A stretch of DNA of 64,000 bases, taken from contig CALUTJ010000003.1 of assembly GCA_944323685.1 (NCBI GenBank), positions 67,342 to 131,341 on the forward strand, written 5' to 3'. The translations under genes and the position numbers were made by a program. The stretch is from Candidatus Gastranaerophilales bacterium. GTDB taxonomy: Bacteria > Cyanobacteriota > Vampirovibrionia > Gastranaerophilales > Gastranaerophilaceae. Positions 35,647-45,397 of this stretch are shown here, in pieces (position 1 is the first letter of the stretch; each line of letters starts with the position of its first letter). The notes under the pieces were generated by a model. That model was given only the letters and a program-made list of their open reading frames with translations, searched no databases and had not been told where the DNA came from.

Positions 35647-37017
35647 TTGATAGAAAGAATTGTTTTATCTGTATTAATTGCTTCTTTATGGCTATTTCTT
35701 TTTATATTCCAAAACTTTATGTCTACGTTCTGGGCAATAATTTTCTTATGTGCGTTTATGCTTTCTTACGTAGTTTACATGCAAATTGCACTTAAGCACC
35801 AGAAAATCAAACGTAAAAGACAACCTGATGAGCTTAACTGGAATTATAAACCGTTTGTGACCGTTATGATTCCCTCACATAACGAACAGGACGTTATTGA
35901 AAAAACCGTTGAAAATATTCTTGAAATGGATTACGAAAAGTTCGAAGTAATCGTTATCGATGATAGAAGTGAAGATAACACCGCACAAAAGCTGAAAGAG
36001 CTCGAACAAAAGTATGAAAAAGTTACGGCAATGATTCGTGACAAAAATGCTTTCCCCGGCAAGTCTGCTGTTTTGAATGACGCAATGAAAATTGCAAAAG
36101 GTGAAGCAATCCTTGTCTTTGATGCTGATGCACGTGTAAAGCCTGATTTTCTAACAAAACTTGTCCCTCACTTAGAAAAAGACAGTGTGGGAGCTGTACA
36201 GGCAAGAAAGGTTATTATAAACCGCGAAGAAAACTTTCTCACACGTTGTCAGGATAATGAGTATGCACTTGATACGCATTTTCAGGTCGGCAGAGATTCA
36301 ATCAAAGGTGCCGTTGAACTCAGAGGCAACGGAGAACTCATTAAGAGAGAAGCTCTTGACGATATCCACGGTTGGAATAACTACACAATTACCGATGACC
36401 TTGATATGTCCACAAGACTGCACATAAAGGGCTGGGACGTTCGTTTTTGTGCAGATGTATGTGTGTACGAAGAAGCCGTTCTCAAATTCGTCCCTCTTTT
36501 AAAACAGAGAAGACGCTGGGTTGAAGGCAGTATCAGACGATATCTTGAGCATTTCTGGGGTGTGTTATTTTCTAAAGACATGTCCTTGCGTGTAAGTATA
36601 GATATGATTGCTTACATAACAGAATTTATACTTCCGTTCTGGATGATATCCGAGATTTGTTTTCAGGCTTTCAAGTACGTAAAAGATTCGCCGAACTGTG
36701 TTTCGTCATCACTGCTTGTGTCGGTTATGGTTTGCGGATTTTTTACCATCGGGCTTTTGTACAGTGTGAGAAAATACAACCACCTCTCAAGATGGCAGAG
36801 TCTGGTTCAGGCTGTACAGACAGGTATTTTTCTTTGCTGTGTATGGTTCCCGGTTGTTGTATTTATTGTATTTAAAATTATTTTCTTTAAAAAGACGATG
36901 GATTGGGGCAAAACAACTCACGGTGTGACTAAAATTCAGGATAATAAAGCTTTCCCTGATGAGCCGGCAGAAAAACAAGAGGCTGCGGAAGAAGAATTTG
37001 CACAGCCTATGGTATAG
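35647..37017 (+). CDS. processive family-2 glycosyltransferase (membrane-embedded synthase type)
   Basis: VTVMIPSHNE, VIDDRSEDNT, FDADA, TDDLD, and QRRRW (QxxRW) motifs. TM segments at both ends. TTG start. Confidence 0.85.
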   Translation: MIERIVLSVLIASLWLFLFIFQNFMSTFWAIIFLCAFMLSYVVYMQIALKHQKIKRKRQPDELNWNYKPFVTVMIPSHNEQDVIEKTVENILEMDYEKFEVIVIDDRSEDNTAQKLKELEQKYEKVTAMIRDKNAFPGKSAVLNDAMKIAKGEAILVFDADARVKPDFLTKLVPHLEKDSVGAVQARKVIINREENFLTRCQDNEYALDTHFQVGRDSIKGAVELRGNGELIKREALDDIHGWNNYTITDDLDMSTRLHIKGWDVRFCADVCVYEEAVLKFVPLLKQRRRWVEGSIRRYLEHFWGVLFSKDMSLRVSIDMIAYITEFILPFWMISEICFQAFKYVKDSPNCVSSSLLVSVMVCGFFTIGLLYSVRKYNHLSRWQSLVQAVQTGIFLCCVWFPVVVFIVFKIIFFKKTMDWGKTTHGVTKIQDNKAFPDEPAEKQEAAEEEFAQPMV

Positions 37018-37022
37018 TTTTT

Positions 37023-38423
37023 ATGGAAAATATCCGAAACACACAAGACAACAATAAAATAAAGGGCGGAGATATTATTGAAATTACGCCCGAAAAACTT
37101 GTCTATGAAGGCTCTGCTCTTGCAAAAGTCAACGGCTACCCGATTTTTATAGAAGGAGCATGCCCGCAGGATAAATTAAAAGTAAAAATAACAAAAGCAA
37201 ATAAAAATTTTGCTACAGCGGTGATAGAAGAAATCATAGAGCCTTCACCTCACAGGGTAAAGCCGTTTTGTCCGATGCACAATGTTTGCGGCGGATGCGG
37301 CTGGCAGCATATTGATTATGAGTTCCAGCTTGAGCAAAAAAGAAATATTGTCTATGAAACGGTAAAAAAAATTACCGGAGAAGATATAGAGGTTAAAGAC
37401 GTTATACCTTCTTTGCAAACAAAAACCTACCGTTCAAAAGTTCAGTATCCGGTTTCTCAAACTAAAGTATCAAAAAGGCTTCTTGCAGGGTATTACAAAA
37501 AAGGTTCGCACGAACTTGTCAACATAAAATTCTGTCCGATTCAGCCTAAAATTATTGATAAAATAACTGAATTTATAAGACAAAATGCACAGGAACTCGG
37601 AATTTCAGGCTACAATGAAAAATTGCACAAAGGTGAATTAAAACACCTTGTCTATCGATACAGCAACAGTGAAAATGAATTGATTGTGATTTTTGTTGTA
37701 AATGACACGCAGTTGAAGGACAAATTTAAAAAACTTTCTAAAAAGCTTATGGACGAATTTGCCCATATAAAAGGCTGTCTTATAAATTACAACCCGAATA
37801 AGACAAACCTGATTATGAGTAATGATACGCGAAAAATACTCGGTGAAAATTTTATTACGGAAAAAATTGACGATAAAATTTTCAGAATTTCTGCTAACAG
37901 TTTCTTTCAGGTAAATATAAGTTCTGCAAGAAATATTTTTAATATTGTGAAAGATATTATCAAAAATAATTATAAAAATCCCCGTATTTTAGACGCATAC
38001 TCGGGGGTTTCCAGCTTCGGTATCTGGCTGAGCGATGTTGCTAAAGAGGTTGTGTCCGTGGAAGAAGCTTTGAGTGCCACAAAAGACGCCTCAGAAAATG
38101 TTAAACTAAATAACGTTACAAATTTAACAGCTCTAAACGGTGATGCAAAAAAAATTTTTGAAGAACTCATTAAAAATAATGATAAATTTGACGTAACAGT
38201 GCTGGATCCGCCGCGTAAAGGCTGTGAGAAAGAATCTCTTGATTTTGCAATTAAATTGAGTGAAAAATCTATTATTTACGTATCTTGCAACCCTTCCACT
38301 CTTGCAAGGGATTTAAAATATTTGGGCGAAAACGGTTTTAAAACAAAGTATATTCAACCCGTGGACATGTTTTGCCATTCTTACCATATAGAATCCGTTG
38401 CATGGCTTGAGAAGGTTGTATAA
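37023..38423 (+). CDS. rlmD: 23S rRNA (uracil-C5)-methyltransferase, RlmD/RumA family
   Basis: TRAM-like N-terminus. CPMHNVCGGCGWQH Fe-S Cys cluster. LDPPRKG. Catalytic Cys region YVSCNPSTLARD. Confidence 0.85.
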   Translation: MENIRNTQDNNKIKGGDIIEITPEKLVYEGSALAKVNGYPIFIEGACPQDKLKVKITKANKNFATAVIEEIIEPSPHRVKPFCPMHNVCGGCGWQHIDYEFQLEQKRNIVYETVKKITGEDIEVKDVIPSLQTKTYRSKVQYPVSQTKVSKRLLAGYYKKGSHELVNIKFCPIQPKIIDKITEFIRQNAQELGISGYNEKLHKGELKHLVYRYSNSENELIVIFVVNDTQLKDKFKKLSKKLMDEFAHIKGCLINYNPNKTNLIMSNDTRKILGENFITEKIDDKIFRISANSFFQVNISSARNIFNIVKDIIKNNYKNPRILDAYSGVSSFGIWLSDVAKEVVSVEEALSATKDASENVKLNNVTNLTALNGDAKKIFEELIKNNDKFDVTVLDPPRKGCEKESLDFAIKLSEKSIIYVSCNPSTLARDLKYLGENGFKTKYIQPVDMFCHSYHIESVAWLEKVV

Positions 38424-38535
38424 AACGGTCTGTTGTTCAGCCGGAGGTTTTACTTAATATATTGTAAATATCTTTGTCATGATTTTATATTTTATATATA
38501 ATTTAGATGAATAATTAACAGAAAAGGTTACTATT

Positions 38536-39246
38536 ATGGCAGAAAATAAACTTCCTTCAGGTGTAGGTAAAAAAATTGTTCAAGCTCTAAAAAAACAAGC
38601 TGAAATTGAAATTCAACCGGTTGCAGAAAGCAAAGAAAATATAGTTTCTCTTGAGGATGAAGCTGCAATCCAGCCTGAAATATATGACAATGTTGTAAGT
38701 GATAATGTCAGCCTGGATGATGAATTTTCTGATTTTTCATCTAATGATAATTCAGAGATAAACAATCTGCCCGATATGGATTTGTCTATGGATAATTCAT
38801 CAAACGACAGCTTTGACGATACTTTCCCGACACCGCACAATATAAACTTTGCAGAAACGGATACACCTATGTTTGAAGAAAAAGAAACTTTTACAACTAC
38901 ACAAAAACTCAATATGACACAGCCGCAAAATAATTATTCAATGCCGGCAAATGTCGCTGTGTTAAAAAGACTTATTATGCAGCTTCCGCAGGGCGTATCA
39001 AAACAAACCGGCGCACAAATTATACGCCAGACAATGGAAGCTCTCGGTATATCAATGAACAGTGTTTTAAAAGAAGCACAACAGGGGCAAGACAGCATTA
39101 CAGCAAGTGCTAAGGCTTGTATGTCTACAATTGCCGAATACAGAAACCATATCAAAAACCTCGAAAAACAGGTTCAGGATTATAAAAAACAGGCAGTTGC
39201 GCTCAATGATTTAATTAGCCTGTTTGTTATGACTGATAAACACTAA
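38536..39246 (+). CDS. hypothetical acidic protein
   Basis: D/E/S/N-rich middle region with a helical C-terminus. Followed by a terminator. Confidence 0.4.
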   Translation: MAENKLPSGVGKKIVQALKKQAEIEIQPVAESKENIVSLEDEAAIQPEIYDNVVSDNVSLDDEFSDFSSNDNSEINNLPDMDLSMDNSSNDSFDDTFPTPHNINFAETDTPMFEEKETFTTTQKLNMTQPQNNYSMPANVAVLKRLIMQLPQGVSKQTGAQIIRQTMEALGISMNSVLKEAQQGQDSITASAKACMSTIAEYRNHIKNLEKQVQDYKKQAVALNDLISLFVMTDKH

Positions 39247-39270
39247 AAATAATCACATAACCAATAAAAG

Positions 39271-39298
39271 ACGACCTTTATTCAAAGGTCGTTTTTTT
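39271..39298 (+). terminator. rho-independent terminator
   Basis: ACGACCTTT-ATTC-AAAGGTCGT followed by TTTTTTT. Confidence 0.85.
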
Positions 39299-39469
39299 AT
39301 GTTCAAAAAATTAATACCTCTAATAACAATAAAATCCTGTTTTTAGAGGATTTAGTAAAAAAGACGCATGTAGTAACCTGTTAATATATAATTTGTCCGA
39401 ATCGTATATTCGCATGCAAATTATCTGGACTTGGTAAAAAACAAATAAAAAACAGTAAAGAGGTAAGGT

Positions 39470-39916
39470 TTGAAAAAATTTCAATTCAGACTTCAGGTGG
39501 TATTAGATATAAAAGAAAAACTTCTTGAGCAAAAGCTTCTGGAGCTTTCTAAGGTGCAAAGAAGTTTGCAGGAAGCCGTGCAGAAACAAAGAACACTTGA
39601 AGGGTATCAAAACGAAATTAACGAAGCATTAATGAATGTTTTTCAAAGCGGAAATGACCTTGATTTAGTTGAGGTGCAGCGCTACAAAGATTTTATTAAC
39701 AAATTGATTGTAGATATTTCTAACCAGAAAGTCGTTATACAAAATATTTCAAAAGTACTGGAACTTAAAAGAAAAGAAGTTAATGAAGTTTTAAAAGAGA
39801 AAAAAGTGTTGGAAAAACTCAAAGAAAACCAGAAAAAGAAATATTATCAATCCTATGAACAATACCAGACGCGTGAGTTAGATGATATAGCATCATCAAG
39901 GTACGCGAGGGTATAA
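39470..39916 (+). CDS. fliJ: flagellar export chaperone FliJ
   Basis: 148-aa all-helical coiled coil. KKFQFRLQVVLDIKE... and C-terminal ...ELDDIASSRY pattern. Position is upstream of fliK-flgD-flgE. TTG start. Confidence 0.7.
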   Translation: MKKFQFRLQVVLDIKEKLLEQKLLELSKVQRSLQEAVQKQRTLEGYQNEINEALMNVFQSGNDLDLVEVQRYKDFINKLIVDISNQKVVIQNISKVLELKRKEVNEVLKEKKVLEKLKENQKKKYYQSYEQYQTRELDDIASSRYARV

Positions 39917-39952
39917 AATTTTTTGAGGTTGCAAGACGGGAAGAGGAAGCAG

Positions 39953-41587
39953 ATGAGTGCGCAGTTAACAAATTCAATACAGCTTTTGGTGTCGAATGTA
40001 TCAAATCCGGCACAGTCATCAGCTTCTTCAAATTCATATAACAACTATGACGCTGATACGGATGCTTTTGGCGCAGCACTTGATAACGCAACAAAATCTT
40101 ATGCGGATAAGTCAGAAAATAAAGTCACATCTCAAAAAAATGATTATGCTAAAGATACAAAAGATGTACAAAATACAAAAACAGCAGATAAAGAATTAAA
40201 AGAAGAAACTCCTAAACAACAAACAGATACAACAACACAAACAGATAAAAAACAGACAGATTCAACTGAAAAAACAGAACAAAACAAACAAACAGATAAT
40301 TCAACACAAACAGAAGTTCAACAGCAGGCCCAAACTGATGTAAATGTCCAAAATGCAGCTGCTGCGGTAGCTATTGAAAATTCATCAGCCAAAAATATAA
40401 TTGCTAATGAGCAAATCCTTTCAAACGTTGATTGTGCACAGCAGAACCAGATACCGGTTAAAACGGAAAATATTTCTGCATCAGTTGCCGTTGAACCTGA
40501 AATTGACCCCGAAGCACTTAAGTCAGCAATAGAAAACGGAAAGGAACAAATTAGCGCAGATATTGACAGTGCACAAACTGTGCAGAAAAATCAGCAAGCC
40601 GGTGTTTTAAAAACAGCGGCTGAAAATTTGGCTTCCGATATGTCTAAATTGACTGCTAATGTTGAACAAACTCAAGAGGCAGATATTCAGGTACTTACCC
40701 CTGATGATACAAAAGAGGCAAAGACTCCTGTAATTAAAGTTACACAGGAGGTTGCAGCAAGTATAGAAGAAAATGCCAATACAATTGCTAACAACCTTGA
40801 GAACAAAGATACAACTTCTAAAATAAAAGACAAAGCAGTAGCGCAGATGACGGCTATGGAAGATAAAAATACAGTTGTTACACAAACAACGGCTCAAGAA
40901 TCTTCTTCGCAGCAGCAAAACGGAAATTTGTCTCAAAATAACGCGCAGGAACAGGTTGTAAAAATGTCTGTGGAAGCAAATTCAGATACAGGCAATGTTC
41001 AGTTTAACGGCGCGGAAAATTTTGTTAGCAAAATGGATGCCGGGCTTTCAGCGGCTTCTAAAACCTCTTCTTCAATGCAAAATACACTTAACACAAACAG
41101 TATTATGGAACAGGTTAACAAACAATTTGAACAACTGCAGCAAAGCGCTTCAAACAAAGTTTCCATTGTATTGCAGCCGGAAAATCTCGGCAGAGTGTCT
41201 GTTGAAATTATGAATACAAAAGACGGGATAACCGCAAAAATGATGACAGACAGCCAGCAGGTTAAAGATCTGTTCGACAAAAATATTGAAGCTTTAAAAT
41301 CAAACTTAAGCGCTCAAGGGGTTAATGTTAACAATATCAAAGTCGAATGCACACAGGAATCTGCCAATAATGCAATGAACTTTGAAAGAGAACAGTTTAA
41401 CCAGTCTTTTAACAATCCTAACAACTCAAATCACAATCAGACAAATCAACCGGACACACAAACTGTGTACGCAAATACTGATAATATGAATTTTGACGAA
41501 GTTGAAACTGATATTAACAGCGGGGTTGAAATTAAAAATACGCAAACAATAATACAACATAATGGTAAGGTTGACTATAAAGTCTAA
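39953..41587 (+). CDS. fliK: flagellar hook-length control protein FliK
   Basis: Low-complexity Q/T/N-rich N-terminus. C-terminal Flg_hook-like LQPENLGRVSVEIMNTKDGITAKMMTDSQQVKDLF. ATG 39953 with GAGGAAG RBS is preferred over TTG 39923. Confidence 0.8.
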   Translation: MSAQLTNSIQLLVSNVSNPAQSSASSNSYNNYDADTDAFGAALDNATKSYADKSENKVTSQKNDYAKDTKDVQNTKTADKELKEETPKQQTDTTTQTDKKQTDSTEKTEQNKQTDNSTQTEVQQQAQTDVNVQNAAAAVAIENSSAKNIIANEQILSNVDCAQQNQIPVKTENISASVAVEPEIDPEALKSAIENGKEQISADIDSAQTVQKNQQAGVLKTAAENLASDMSKLTANVEQTQEADIQVLTPDDTKEAKTPVIKVTQEVAASIEENANTIANNLENKDTTSKIKDKAVAQMTAMEDKNTVVTQTTAQESSSQQQNGNLSQNNAQEQVVKMSVEANSDTGNVQFNGAENFVSKMDAGLSAASKTSSSMQNTLNTNSIMEQVNKQFEQLQQSASNKVSIVLQPENLGRVSVEIMNTKDGITAKMMTDSQQVKDLFDKNIEALKSNLSAQGVNVNNIKVECTQESANNAMNFEREQFNQSFNNPNNSNHNQTNQPDTQTVYANTDNMNFDEVETDINSGVEIKNTQTIIQHNGKVDYKV

Positions 41588-41604
41588 TTTAAGGGGAAGA
41601 GAAA

Positions 41605-42513
41605 ATGTCATACGCATCAATACAACAAGAATTAATCAGCATGCAAACTAATACAGCCGTTAATCAGGCAAAAGAAAGGCAAGAAAGCGGCGCCTCTCAA
41701 GAGCTTGACGGTGATGCTTTTTTGATGCTAATGCTTGAGCAGTTAAAAAATCAGAATCCGATGGATCCTATGGATAACTCGGAAATGCTTGCCCAGCAGG
41801 CACAGTTTACCCAGTTGACAGAACTGCAAAAACTCAACGAAACAATAAACCAGAATAACATTGTACAACAGGCAAACAGTCTGGTAGGCAAAACCGTTCA
41901 GGTTGTTGACCCCAATAACCCGTCCAGACTTATCACAGGAGTTGTTACAAGTGCAAACTTCACCGGAGAAAGCGCTACGGTTGTTGTTAACGGTAACGAA
42001 TATCCTCTCGGCCTTGTTGCGGCAGTTACTGACGGCGCAAACGCATCATCTGCCGATGTTATCGCAAATAAAAAACTGAGCGAATTAAATAATATTTCTT
42101 CACTAAAAGAAGGCTATATAACGGTCACTACACAGGATGCAAACAGCCTTCAGAAAAATAATACCTACATTAAAATCACAAAAGATATGACTGTCGCAGA
42201 CTTGCAAAAAGAATTGAAAAAAGCAGGACTTGAATCTTCGATTAATAACGGTATTCTAACTATTTCCAAAGGTAATTTTGATTCTATTTCAATCACTAAC
42301 GGAAAAATAAACGACAGCTCCGCTGCTTCTTGTAACATTGTAAGCGCGTTTCAGATGTTCCAGAATGAAAGCGGAGATTTGGAAACCTGCATATTAGACT
42401 TCAACAGAGGCGGAAATACAGGCTCTTCGACAGGCGGTTCGTCAGGTTCCGGCAATACGGAAGCAGAGCAAAAAGGTATTCTTGAAAGGATTTTAACTAA
42501 GATATTTGATTAA
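41605..42513 (+). CDS. flgD: flagellar hook assembly/capping protein FlgD (with C-terminal extension)
   Basis: DAFLMLMLEQLKNQNPMDPMDNSEMLAQQAQFTQLTELQKLN is the conserved FlgD N-terminal motif. Confidence 0.9.
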   Translation: MSYASIQQELISMQTNTAVNQAKERQESGASQELDGDAFLMLMLEQLKNQNPMDPMDNSEMLAQQAQFTQLTELQKLNETINQNNIVQQANSLVGKTVQVVDPNNPSRLITGVVTSANFTGESATVVVNGNEYPLGLVAAVTDGANASSADVIANKKLSELNNISSLKEGYITVTTQDANSLQKNNTYIKITKDMTVADLQKELKKAGLESSINNGILTISKGNFDSISITNGKINDSSAASCNIVSAFQMFQNESGDLETCILDFNRGGNTGSSTGGSSGSGNTEAEQKGILERILTKIFD

Positions 42514-42553
42514 GAGATAAAATTATACATTTAAATGTAAAACGGGAGGATTA

Positions 42554-43933
42554 ATGACACAATCATTTTACACGTCAATCAGCGGTATGAACGCCGGTCA
42601 GACTAAAATTTCCGTAGTCGCCGACAACATCGCCAATATGAACACAGTAGGGTTTAAAGCTTCTAAAGTAAACTTTTCCGATGTTTACTACAATACTTCT
42701 TCCGTAGGTAAAGCACCGAGCGGAAATCAGGGCGGTACAAACCCCAGACAAATCGGTATCGGGGTTAATACTGCATCTATTGCAAGAGATTTCTCATCGG
42801 GAACAACCCTGACAACAGGGTTAAATACTGACCTGTTTATTAACGGCAGCAGCTTCTTTACCGTATCAACAACAAACTCTGACGTTGTTTACACAAGAGA
42901 CGGTAACTTTACTGTTGACTCTAACGGGTATCTTGTTAACTCCAGCGGGTACAAAGTGCTCGGTACAGACAACATCTTGGATACTGCTTCAAGCACTACT
43001 CCGATTAAAATCCCGACCTATATTTCTACTGTGACAACTGCCTCTACAGATGACCAGATGGCAAATACGGCATTAAGCGACTTAAACGGTCTTATGTCAG
43101 GCGGGGTAACAGACGGCGCATTTACAATTGTTACGTATGCAGATGATGGAACAGCAAAAAATCACGTTATCAATGTAAATTCAGAAATGACAGTGCAGGG
43201 GCTTGTTGATGCTATTAATGCTAAAGCAGACGGCGCTTATACCGTAACCATGGAAAATGGCGGTATTACTATGCAAACAGACGGTGATGCAGTAAGAATG
43301 GAATTTAAAAACGGAGATGTTACCAAACCTGATGTCGAGGCATCTAACATAACTACTGTTATGGGCTTTGATGCAATTGATGAAGATGCAGGAACATATG
43401 CTACCCAAACTTTAAGTTATCATCAAACAATATCAGCAGGTTCTCCGAGCGATTTGAACTCTGAAAACTATTCTTCAATTTATATTAACGAAGACGGTAT
43501 TATAGATGTAAAATACGGCAACGGTGATACATTGAGTGTTATGCAGGATCCTGACAACCCTAACAACATGGTATTTAAATACACCCTGAACAACGGTCGT
43601 GTTATTACCGGTGATGACCTGACTGTTTTCAATGATGTTGTAGAACCTGCAAACCTACAGATTCAGCTGGCAAGCTTTATTAACCCTAACGGTTTGATTG
43701 CTAACGGCAATAATACCTATACGGTTGGGCCGAACAGCGGTATGGCTTTGTACGGAAGCATAAGTTCAGACGCTTTTGGTACGGTTATATCAGGCGTTTT
43801 GGAAGGCTCTAACGTAGATTTGGCGTCAGAATTTGCGGAAATGGTTGTTGCGCAGCGCGCTATCGAAGCAAACAGCCGTGTGTTTGACACAACAAACCAG
43901 ATACTGCAAACATTGTCGACCTTAGGCAGATAA
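42554..43933 (+). CDS. flgE: flagellar hook protein FlgE
   Basis: SFYTSISGMNA...VADNIANMNTVGFK N-terminus. LEGSNVDLASEFAEMVVAQRAIEANSRV C-terminus. Confidence 0.9.
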   Translation: MTQSFYTSISGMNAGQTKISVVADNIANMNTVGFKASKVNFSDVYYNTSSVGKAPSGNQGGTNPRQIGIGVNTASIARDFSSGTTLTTGLNTDLFINGSSFFTVSTTNSDVVYTRDGNFTVDSNGYLVNSSGYKVLGTDNILDTASSTTPIKIPTYISTVTTASTDDQMANTALSDLNGLMSGGVTDGAFTIVTYADDGTAKNHVINVNSEMTVQGLVDAINAKADGAYTVTMENGGITMQTDGDAVRMEFKNGDVTKPDVEASNITTVMGFDAIDEDAGTYATQTLSYHQTISAGSPSDLNSENYSSIYINEDGIIDVKYGNGDTLSVMQDPDNPNNMVFKYTLNNGRVITGDDLTVFNDVVEPANLQIQLASFINPNGLIANGNNTYTVGPNSGMALYGSISSDAFGTVISGVLEGSNVDLASEFAEMVVAQRAIEANSRVFDTTNQILQTLSTLGR

Positions 43934-43979
43934 TGGTAAACTAACCCGTTAAAATGTATAATTTTATTTAATCTTAAAA

Positions 43980-44009
43980 GTCCGGTATCAAACAGATACC
44001 GGACTTTTT
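43980..44009. terminator. bidirectional rho-independent terminator (flgE / prs convergent)
   Basis: GTCCGGTATC-AAACA-GATACCGGAC flanked by AAAA on one side and TTTTT on the other. Confidence 0.85.
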
Positions 44010-44042
44010 ATACTCTCTCTTCTTAAGTCTTATGAACAAAAA

Positions 44043-45053
44043 TTAATATGATTTGTATTCTTTTTCAAAGCCGAAAAGCGAACTTACGGATTCATTGTCA
44101 TGAATTCTTGAAATAGCTTCACCTAAAATAGGAGCAATGCTCAATTGAGTAAATTTAGAAGAAACATGTTTGCTTAACGGAATAGAATTTGTAATAATAA
44201 CTTCTTCAACAGGAGCTTCTTCAAGACGCTGAATAGCCGGACCTGATAAGATACCGTGTGCAGCACAAACGTAAACTTTTTCAGCACCTTCTCTTATTAG
44301 CAGCTTGGAAGCTTCGCATATTGTACCTGCTGTATCAATCATATCGTCTACAAGAACGCAGATTTTACCCTGAACATCGCCTATAACATGGTCTGCAATA
44401 GCTTCATTGTGTTTGTCACGTCTTTTATCAACAATAGCAAGAGGACAATCGAGTTTTTTGGCAAAAACTCTTGTTCTCTGAACTCCGCCTGTATCAGGGC
44501 TTACGGCGACCAGTTTATCGTGCGGAATGTTTAATCTTTTAATATAATCTGTCAAAACCGGAGTCGCATAAATATGGTCAACAAGGATATTGAAAAAGCC
44601 CTGAATCTGTCCTGTATGCAAATCCATAGCCAGTATTCTGTCCGCACCAGCCGTTGTTAACAAGTCTGCAACGAGTTTTGCAGTGATTGCTTCTCTTCCG
44701 GAAGTTTTTCTGTCCTGTCTTGCATAACCGTAATAAGGAATTACGGCAGTGATTGATTTTGCGCTTGCTCTTTTGAACGCATCAATCATTATTAAAAGTT
44801 CCATAAGGTTTTCATTAACGGGGTTTGACAAAGGCTGTACGATAAAAACATCATCGCCGCGGATACTTTGCTGAACCTGTACGTATATCTCTCCGTCCGC
44901 AAAGTTTTTAATAATCATCGGACCTACGCTTGTGCCTAAATATTCGGCAAGCTCTTGAGCAAGTTCCTGATGGGCGCGACCGGAAAATAATTTGATATCA
45001 TGAGTAGGATTGATAGTTTTTTCGCGCTGGGGAAATTCCATAGTCAATTCCAT
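44043..45053 (-). CDS. prs: ribose-phosphate pyrophosphokinase
   Basis: KLFSGRAHQELAQELA, YYGYARQDRK, VSPDTGGV, VLVDDMIDTAGT. Confidence 0.95.
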   Translation of the reverse strand: MELTMEFPQREKTINPTHDIKLFSGRAHQELAQELAEYLGTSVGPMIIKNFADGEIYVQVQQSIRGDDVFIVQPLSNPVNENLMELLIMIDAFKRASAKSITAVIPYYGYARQDRKTSGREAITAKLVADLLTTAGADRILAMDLHTGQIQGFFNILVDHIYATPVLTDYIKRLNIPHDKLVAVSPDTGGVQRTRVFAKKLDCPLAIVDKRRDKHNEAIADHVIGDVQGKICVLVDDMIDTAGTICEASKLLIREGAEKVYVCAAHGILSGPAIQRLEEAPVEEVIITNSIPLSKHVSSKFTQLSIAPILGEAISRIHDNESVSSLFGFEKEYKSY

Positions 45054-45397
45054 TTTATAATTCCTTCCTTATTGACAGACCAACTAAATTATAGCAGCAA
45101 ATCATTATATTTTATACATGTTTTTTATTTTTTCTTTTAGTATTAGATTTTAAAAACCCTGAATTTATTTTTTGTTATTTATCAACAAGAGATTTTTTTT
45201 ATTGCAATAAAATGTTACAAATGTAATGTTCTAATTTAATGAGCTTGAGACGAGTAATGCAACAAATGAAAAAATTATGGGAATAATTCTTCACAATCGT
45301 TTATGATTTTAGCCTAAAAATTTACTTTAAAACCTGTCTGTTATATCATCTGAGTATAAGGTTACAAACATTAATAACAGAAAAAACAGGTATAAAT

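Noticed and set aside
39300-39469. Sigma-28 promoter upstream of fliJ (…TAAC-N17-GTCCGAAT).
   Set aside because: The match is poor, at about 4/8 in the -10 element. Hook genes are usually not class 3.
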